From contig CAZIUM010000001.1 in assembly GCA_964542285.1 (NCBI GenBank), positions 2,751 to 66,750 on the forward strand: DNA of 64,000 nucleotides, given 5' to 3'. Below, piece by piece: positions 57,927 to 64,000 of this stretch; position 1 is the first letter of the stretch, and the number at the start of each line of letters is the position of its first letter. The stretch is from an uncultured Lentisphaerales bacterium (GTDB lineage Bacteria; Verrucomicrobiota; Kiritimatiellia; RFP12; JAAYLN01). The notes beneath the pieces are model-generated. The model was not told where the DNA came from. It did no database searches and saw only the letters and a program-made list of their open reading frames with translations. The translations under genes were made by a program, and so were the position numbers.

Positions 57927-58384
57927 TTTCCTGCACCGAATTCATTCCGGCCTACAGTCTGTTGTTCCAGGAACTGCATGAACGTGGCGGACGAGAGGCC
58001 GTCGAAGACTTTTGGAAGTACTTGTCGGACCGGTTTCTGGGAAATCTGCGTGACCTGGTGCGCGCAAAGGGCCTGGAGGGATGCTGGGAGTACTGGGCCC
58101 ACACCCTCAACGAGGAGGCTGCCGACTTTACCATGACCCTGGACGAAGACGCCGGGGTTTTTCGCATCGTCATGCACCGCTGTCCCTCCAAGGGACGCTT
58201 GCTCGAATTGCGGCATATGCAACCCTATCCTCATTACTGCGACCATTGCGACACCCTCTACCGGCGCGTGCTGGAACCGCTGGGCTATCTTTATGAATTC
58301 GACAACTCACAATGCGACCGCGCCGCTTGCGGAATTACCGTGCGTCGCCGTCAAACCAAGGAACAAGCCCATGAAAAAAATTGA
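57923..58384 (+). CDS. hypothetical small protein with CxxC/CxxxxC motifs (paralog B)
   Basis: GTG start overlapping the stop of paralog A; aligns with A (FTLSASEDELVLDLAACP vs FTMTLDEDAGVFRIVMHRCP; HLCRALCEG vs YCDHCDTL; CRMRFRRR vs CGITVRRR). Confidence 0.5.
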   Translation: MISCTEFIPAYSLLFQELHERGGREAVEDFWKYLSDRFLGNLRDLVRAKGLEGCWEYWAHTLNEEAADFTMTLDEDAGVFRIVMHRCPSKGRLLELRHMQPYPHYCDHCDTLYRRVLEPLGYLYEFDNSQCDRAACGITVRRRQTKEQAHEKN

Positions 58385-59318
58385 ACGCGACCTGCTGACC
58401 GGTGTCTGGTCGGCCACTCCCACGCCTTTTGACGAACGCTTGCGTCTCGATCGTTCGGTGCTGTCCCGGGTGGTCAAGCATCACCTGCGGTTGGGTGTCA
58501 GGGGTTTGTTCCTGGCGGGGACGGCCGGGGAGGGAATGTGCATGCCAGAGGACCAGCGGCGCCAGTTGGTCCGCGATGTCGTGAAGCATGCCCGCGGCAG
58601 GCTGCTGGTTGCCGTGCAAACCACCGACAATTCGGTGGCCAGGGTGCTGGACAACATCGCCATGGCACGGGAGGACGGAGCCGACGTCGCGGTCGTGGCG
58701 CAACCTTTGTTCTTTCCCAATGCCACCGACAAGCGACTGGAGGCCTATTACACGGAAATCTTCGAACGCAGTCCTCTGCCGATCGGACTCTACGACCGTG
58801 GCGGTCATTCCGCCATCTCAATTTCGGACCAACTCTTGCCGCGGTTGTTGCGTCATCCGCGTGTGCGGCTGGTCAAGGACAGTTCAAGCGACCCTGCGCG
58901 CCGCGAAATTGCCTTGAAAGCCCGTGCAAAGCGGTCCGAACTGGTTCTGCTTTGCGGAGACGAGTTTCGCACCGCGGAATACATGCTGGCCGGGTATGAC
59001 GGTTTGCTGCTGGGGGGAGCCATTTTCAATGGGTATCTGGCCGGACAGGTGATTGCGGCCGTGCAGGCCGGCAAGGCGGAGGCGGCTCGCAAGCTGGATC
59101 GCCGCATCGGCCGACTGAACTATGCGGTGTTCGGCGGCAGGAAAATCCCCTGCTGGCTGGCCGGAGAAAAGCGCATGTGCGTGGAACTGGGTCTTTTCAA
59201 ATCCTGGAGCAACTATTACGGCTACCGACTGACGGCAGGCTGCGAGCGCAACATTGTCCGGATTGTCGCACGGGAGGGCCCGGTGCTGAAAGGCGTGGCA
59301 GGCGCGGTCCAATGGTGA
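58371..59318 (+). CDS. DapA / N-acetylneuraminate-lyase family class I aldolase
   Basis: LLTGVWSATPTPFDE...GVRGLFLAGTAGEG...VAQPLFFP... Schiff-base Lys region LVKDSS; overlaps the previous stop by 14 nt. Confidence 0.7.
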   Translation: MKKIERDLLTGVWSATPTPFDERLRLDRSVLSRVVKHHLRLGVRGLFLAGTAGEGMCMPEDQRRQLVRDVVKHARGRLLVAVQTTDNSVARVLDNIAMAREDGADVAVVAQPLFFPNATDKRLEAYYTEIFERSPLPIGLYDRGGHSAISISDQLLPRLLRHPRVRLVKDSSSDPARREIALKARAKRSELVLLCGDEFRTAEYMLAGYDGLLLGGAIFNGYLAGQVIAAVQAGKAEAARKLDRRIGRLNYAVFGGRKIPCWLAGEKRMCVELGLFKSWSNYYGYRLTAGCERNIVRIVAREGPVLKGVAGAVQW

Positions 59319-61318
59319 AACGACGGGGAGTGCGTTGTCGTTTGCGCCTGCTGGCCGCGGTCGCGATGGTCGCGGGATGGGTCGCAACGTTCGCAAGCGT
59401 TCCGGCCCGCGCCGAACCCGAGGCCACCTCCGTGGCCGTCATTCATGGCGACCAGTCGTTGCCCAATGACGGGGAAAGGCGTTTTGCCGCCGCCCTGGCT
59501 CGCCATGCCCTGCGTTGGCTGAACGATGCCGGGGTGGAGGGCGAAGTGTTCAGCGATGCCCGGCTGTCCCAGGGACTGGCCGACCGTCGGGTGGCGCTGC
59601 TGGTTTATTGCGCCCGGCCCACCTCCGAACAGATTCGTTTGCTACGGGGGTTCCTGGGCCGGGGAGGAAAGTTGATCGTTTGCTATTCGATGTCGGTCGA
59701 ACTGGCCCAACTGATGGGCGTGGCTCTGGGCGAATACGAAAGGGACATGAGTGGCGGGCGGTGGGTCAGCATGCGCTTCGTCCAGGATCGACCGGTCAAC
59801 GCCCCGGGCATGGTGCGCCAAAATTCGCCCAATTTGCATAAGGTTTCGCCCGTGGCGGGACGTTCACGGGTGTTGGCCTGGTGGCATGACCTCGACGGGC
59901 GGCGCACCGGGGAGGTTGCCTGGTTGCGCAGCGCCGAGGGGTTTTGGATGAGTCACGTGCTGCTGGGCGACGGCGATGCCTCGGCCAAGTCACGCCTGTT
60001 GCTGGCGCTGGTCGGGGACATCGACCCCGCCATTTGGCATCGAACCGCCCGTCGGCGCCTGGCAACGTTCGAAGGGGACGCGCCCTGGCAAAATCCCGAT
60101 CGCGCGCTGCGAGCCGCGGAGGCGGTGTCGGGCTTCAGCCGGCGCCGTCGCGCGCGCGCCGATGCGCAGCGTGCGCTGAACTTGCGCACCGAGGCGCATC
60201 GCCTCCTGGCCGTGGGGCGCGGCGCCGAGGCATGGCGCCTGGCGGAAGACTTGCGTGACACCCTGATGCGCTCGTATGGTCACATGCAACAGCCGGCCGC
60301 GGGGGAAATCAGGGCCGTCTGGGATCATTCGGGCCTCGGTCTGTACCCCGGCGACTGGTCGCGAACCTGCCGCATTTTGCGGGCGGCCGGCGTCTCCGAC
60401 CTGTTTGTCAACGTGGCCGGTCCGGGATTTACCCATTGCCGGATCGATTCCTTGCCGGCTTCCCCGGCGTTTCAGACCCATGGAGACCAGCTTCAGGCCT
60501 GTCTGGCGGCTGCGCGTCCCCTGGGATTGCGGGTGCATGCCTGGCTGATTTGTGGCAGTACGACACGTGCCGGACCCGAACGACTGGAGCAGCTCCGACG
60601 CCGGGGATGGCTGCTCCAAGGAACCGATGGCAAGCCTCGCGACTGGCTCAACCCGGCCCTGCCGGACGTGCGAGCCTTCCTGGTGCAGGTTGCCGCCGAG
60701 CTTCTGGACGGCCATGACGTCGATGGGCTGCATTTGGATTTTGTCCGCTACCCGGATTTTCACGAATCTCTGGGACCCGATACCCGCCGTCTGTTCGAAA
60801 CCCGGCGCGGAGCCGCCGTGCCCGCATGGCCGGAGTCCGTGCGCAAGGGCCCGTTGTTCCACGAATTCGTCGCCTGGCGCGCGGAGCAGATCGCCTTGCT
60901 GGTGTCCGAAATGCGAACCATGCAGCGCCTGCGGGCGCCGGGCATCTGGTTAACCGCCGCGGTGTACGGCAAACATCCCTCCTGCCTGGAGTCCGTCGGA
61001 CAGGCCTGGGAACGTTGGATTGAAACGGGATCCCTCGATTATGCCGTTCCCATGAACTATACCGAGGACGAGGCCTTGTATCGTTCGCTGGTGACAACCC
61101 AGACGCGTTCGTATCGATTGCGAAACCATCTGATAGGCGGCATCGGTGTCACGGCCGCCGAGAGTCGCCTGGATGCCGCTCGCGTGATCGATCAGGTCAA
61201 TCTGCTGCGTCAACAGCAGGCGGCCGGGTTTGCCCTCTTCGATCTGGATACCACCCTGGAACAGGAAATCCTTCCGGTGCTCAAGCTGGGTCTCACCGCG
61301 CCCGGGGCCCGGCGGTGA
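59312..61318 (+). CDS. glycosyl-hydrolase-like family 10 (GHL10/DUF187) protein, secreted
   Basis: Signal peptide ...LLAAVAMVAGWVATFASVPARA; GLHLDFVRYP and AVPMNYTEDE are typical of GHL10 TIM-barrel proteins; overlaps the previous stop. Confidence 0.6.
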   Translation: MVKRRGVRCRLRLLAAVAMVAGWVATFASVPARAEPEATSVAVIHGDQSLPNDGERRFAAALARHALRWLNDAGVEGEVFSDARLSQGLADRRVALLVYCARPTSEQIRLLRGFLGRGGKLIVCYSMSVELAQLMGVALGEYERDMSGGRWVSMRFVQDRPVNAPGMVRQNSPNLHKVSPVAGRSRVLAWWHDLDGRRTGEVAWLRSAEGFWMSHVLLGDGDASAKSRLLLALVGDIDPAIWHRTARRRLATFEGDAPWQNPDRALRAAEAVSGFSRRRRARADAQRALNLRTEAHRLLAVGRGAEAWRLAEDLRDTLMRSYGHMQQPAAGEIRAVWDHSGLGLYPGDWSRTCRILRAAGVSDLFVNVAGPGFTHCRIDSLPASPAFQTHGDQLQACLAAARPLGLRVHAWLICGSTTRAGPERLEQLRRRGWLLQGTDGKPRDWLNPALPDVRAFLVQVAAELLDGHDVDGLHLDFVRYPDFHESLGPDTRRLFETRRGAAVPAWPESVRKGPLFHEFVAWRAEQIALLVSEMRTMQRLRAPGIWLTAAVYGKHPSCLESVGQAWERWIETGSLDYAVPMNYTEDEALYRSLVTTQTRSYRLRNHLIGGIGVTAAESRLDAARVIDQVNLLRQQQAAGFALFDLDTTLEQEILPVLKLGLTAPGARR

Positions 61319-61343
61319 GACCCAAACCCTTTCGACGTTCGCC

Positions 61344-62417
61344 ATGCTGACTTCCGATTTCGATTACCGGCTTCCCCCGCACCTGATTGCCCAGCATCCT
61401 TCCGAGGAAAGGGGGGGGGCACGCATGTTGGTGCTCGACCGCCTGACCGGCGAATGGCGGCATGGCCTCTTTGCCGATCTGCCGCGTTTTGTTCGTCCGG
61501 GCGATCTGGTGGTGATCAACGACACGCGTGTGTTCCCGGCACGATTGCTTGGAACCTGGGAGGACACCGGCGGCAAGGTGGAGTTCCTGTTGCTCGCGCC
61601 TCGTGGCGAACCGGAAGGGGAAGGGCAGTGCTGGAGCGCCTTGTGCGGCAGCGGCCGCCGCGTCCGGGTTGGATTGCGGGCCATTTGCGGCGATGGCGCA
61701 CTGCAAATCGAGGTTCTGGCGGTTCCCACACCCGGCGAGGTGGAGGTGCGGTTGTCGGGTGCGGCCGGACTCGATCCGGACGAGTTGATCGCGCGCTATG
61801 GCAGGATGCCCCTGCCGCCGTACATTGCTCGCGACCGGGTCGGAGAGGCTACCCACAACAATGACCGTCATCGTTACCAGACCGTGTATGCCCGGCACAC
61901 CGGGGCGGTGGCCGCTCCAACCGCCGGACTGCATTTTACCGACGCCATGTTCGCCCAATTGAAGGGGAAGGGGCTTGATGTCGCCACCGTCACCCTGCAT
62001 GTCGGACCGGGAACGTTTCGGCCCGTCCAAAGCGACCGGGTCGAGGAACACCGGATGCATGACGAATGGTACGAGGTGCCTCCGGCAACCGCCAGCGCCA
62101 TCGCGGACTGTAAGGGGCGCGGCGGCCGGGTGCTGGCGGTGGGAAGCACTTCGGTGAGAACCCTGGAAACCGCCGCCACTCGGAGGTCGGACGGCACGGT
62201 GGTTCCTTGCTCGGGGTACAGTCGTTTGTTCATCCGGCCACCCTATCGGTTTCGTGTGGTCGACACGATGCTGACCAATTTCCACCTGCCGCGCTCCACG
62301 TTGCTGATGATGGTGGCGGCGTTGGCGGGACGCGAGAAGGTGTTGGCGGCCTACCGGGAAGCCATCCGGATGGAATATCGCTTCTACAGTTACGGCGATT
62401 GCATGCTCATCCTGTAG
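61344..62417 (+). CDS. queA: S-adenosylmethionine:tRNA ribosyltransferase-isomerase
   Basis: MLTSDFDYRLPPHLIAQHP...VINDTRVFPARL...MLTNFHLPRSTLLMMV. Confidence 0.9.
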   Translation: MLTSDFDYRLPPHLIAQHPSEERGGARMLVLDRLTGEWRHGLFADLPRFVRPGDLVVINDTRVFPARLLGTWEDTGGKVEFLLLAPRGEPEGEGQCWSALCGSGRRVRVGLRAICGDGALQIEVLAVPTPGEVEVRLSGAAGLDPDELIARYGRMPLPPYIARDRVGEATHNNDRHRYQTVYARHTGAVAAPTAGLHFTDAMFAQLKGKGLDVATVTLHVGPGTFRPVQSDRVEEHRMHDEWYEVPPATASAIADCKGRGGRVLAVGSTSVRTLETAATRRSDGTVVPCSGYSRLFIRPPYRFRVVDTMLTNFHLPRSTLLMMVAALAGREKVLAAYREAIRMEYRFYSYGDCMLIL

Positions 62418-62429
62418 CGGCAACGAATG

Positions 62430-63500
62430 CTATTCCACGCCCAGCACTTCGATGAAACCGGAGACGATTCCAACAATTTCGCCGCGCGGATCGCGGTCGG
62501 GAGCAAACATGGCTTCGACCGTAAAACGCCGTCCCTGGAGTCCCTGCGCCGCAAGGGGGCCAATCCAGCGGTCTCCAACCATGGCTTTTTCCATGGCTTT
62601 TTCCAGGGCCGCATGGTTCTGAAACAAAAGGCGTACATTGCGGCCGACCAGATCGGCGTCTTGTTTTGCGGACCACATTTCGCACAGGGCCGGATTCACG
62701 AGGGTGATTCCACCCTGCAGATCAAGCGTTGCAAATGCCGTGGTGGCATTCGTCACCAGGTTCTGCTGACTGCGTAATTTTTGCATGGCCTTGCGGCGAC
62801 GTTCGACATTTCGTATGAAAAATACGAAATCTCCTTCGTTGATCAGGTGAAAGCGACTGATGGCTACTTCGGCCGGGAAGACGGTGCCGTCGCGTCGGCG
62901 GCAGTTCGCATCGAGCAATATGTGGTGGTGGTTGTTAAGGTTGCGCCGTAGTTTTTCAAGCATCTGCAGGGTTGTTCCGCGAACAACATCCTCGATCGGC
63001 ATGTCCCACATGTCGGCGGTTTGGTAACGCAGCATTTCCGCCACGCGCTCGTTGCTGTCGATCACATGTCCCTTTGGGTCCGTTATCAGAACCGCGTCAT
63101 ACATGCCTTGGAGTAGTTCGCGGTACAAGTTGCGATGATCGCTGCGCATGTTCTGGGGACGTTTGACAACCCGGAGGCGACTTTCTTCGCCTGGTTGCGG
63201 TTTAGTTTTGGGGGCTTCGGCTTGGGATTCGAGGGCGGACGACGCGGAATTCCGGGCATGAACAGGCGTCGGTCCCTCTGTGCCGGAGACGGATTTTTTT
63301 TCTCCGGCATCCGAATCGGGGCCAACCGGCCTGGGGCGCTTTTCAACCGTTGGCGTCTGTTGAGACCCCGAGTCGCTCGCGCGATTCTTTTCCGCTTTCT
63401 CGGTTGCGGGCTTCCCCTGGCGGTGCTTTTTCTGGTCGTCTGCCGGCACGGAAGCATCCGCGGACGGGGAGGCGATTGTTTTTTTCAGCCAGCGAATCAT
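62430..63500 (-). CDS. PAS domain protein (two PAS-like repeats) with a low-complexity N-terminal region
   Basis: LLQGMYDAVLITDPKGHVIDSNERV... and LDLQGGITLVNPALCEMWSAKQDADLVGRNV... PAS cores; no output domain. Confidence 0.55.
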   Translation of the reverse strand: MIRWLKKTIASPSADASVPADDQKKHRQGKPATEKAEKNRASDSGSQQTPTVEKRPRPVGPDSDAGEKKSVSGTEGPTPVHARNSASSALESQAEAPKTKPQPGEESRLRVVKRPQNMRSDHRNLYRELLQGMYDAVLITDPKGHVIDSNERVAEMLRYQTADMWDMPIEDVVRGTTLQMLEKLRRNLNNHHHILLDANCRRRDGTVFPAEVAISRFHLINEGDFVFFIRNVERRRKAMQKLRSQQNLVTNATTAFATLDLQGGITLVNPALCEMWSAKQDADLVGRNVRLLFQNHAALEKAMEKAMVGDRWIGPLAAQGLQGRRFTVEAMFAPDRDPRGEIVGIVSGFIEVLGVE

Positions 63501-63822
63501 AATTAATCCAAAGCGGCTTTCATGCCAAAACAAAGTGTATCGTACCACTATTGAAAACAAAGCGCAAATCTTTACCGGATGGAACGCCGATGCGTTGCGG
63601 GGATGCAGAATCGGGGGGATTTCAAAAAAGGAAATTCAGAAGTAAGAATCGGATTGAATCGCCAGTGAAGCGGCATTCGCATCCTTGAGAAGATTTGTTC
63701 CGTTTGAACTTTCTCAGGTATGCAGAGAAGAATTTCAATGGACAGAAAGCCCACTACAGGTTCTATAATGAAAGAAAGTCAATCATGGAACGTCTCTTGC
63801 TTTAGTATTTAGCAGGCATGCA

Positions 63823-63839
63823 AACGCACGTGGTGCGTT
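63823..63839. promoter_or_regulatory. perfect palindrome AACGCAC-GTG-GTGCGTT upstream of the HU-like gene
   Basis: 7-bp inverted arms with a 3-nt spacer about 40 nt upstream of the ATG at 63878, in an AT-rich divergent intergenic region. Confidence 0.3.
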
Positions 63840-63877
63840 GTTTATGCTCACGAATGTTGTTCAGATGGAGAGAATCA

Positions 63878-64000
63878 ATGGGGACCTCTTATACGAAACG
63901 CGACTTGGTGAACGAACTGGCCGCGAAATACAAGATCAGCAAGAAACGCGTCGATCAATTGCTGGGAGAACTGGCTGAAATCGCTTACCGCGAGGCCCGG
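63878..64000 (+). CDS. HU/IHF family DNA-binding protein (partial; runs off the window end)
   Basis: MGTSYTKRDLVNELAAKYKISKKRVDQLLGELAEIAYREAR resembles the HU/IHF N-terminal helices; AT-rich upstream region. Confidence 0.55.
   Translation, partial: MGTSYTKRDLVNELAAKYKISKKRVDQLLGELAEIAYREAR

Overview
This is a 64 kb high-GC (roughly 60-65%) bacterial chromosomal segment, densely coding on both strands, with many translationally coupled (ATGA / overlapping stop-start) gene junctions. About 50 genes can be supported. The long pre-pilin leaders, lipoprotein secretin, LVIVD-repeat proteins and pectin/glycogen enzymes suggest a PVC-superphylum-like organism (Verrucomicrobia/Kiritimatiellae/Lentisphaerae-like); this is an inference from content, not a database hit.

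Housekeeping genes recognised by motif: nadB, argC, parB, gltA, der, hslO, pdxB, queA, copA, ogt, murJ.

Three envelope/fibre systems stand out:
- Left edge: a Tad/Flp pilus segment (two Flp pilins, a TadE-like pseudopilin carrying an Flp-type leader, and a TadG-like gene running off the window).
- 43.1-51.1 kb: a type IV pilus / T2SS-like block (pre-pilin with 31-aa leader, secretin lipoprotein, PilM-PilN fusion, PilO-like, PilP-like, GspE/PilB ATPase).
- Directly coupled downstream: a GT-C-fold glycosyltransferase and a MurJ-family flippase, then two tandem LVIVD beta-propeller proteins.

Other notable items: two tandem cysteine-motif small paralogs of unknown function coupled to a DapA-family aldolase and a GHL10 protein; a eukaryote-style 1424-aa glycogen-debranching-enzyme fusion; an oligogalacturonate lyase; a low-GC FkbM methyltransferase islet; a 703-aa orphan protein coupled to hslO; and an EF-hand-like membrane protein coupled to a HIT hydrolase.

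No rRNA, tRNA, CRISPR array or transposase/integrase was recognisable. Most of the many long antisense ORFs in the track are high-GC artefacts. Start codons are chosen by motif, RBS and overlap logic and may be off by a few codons.
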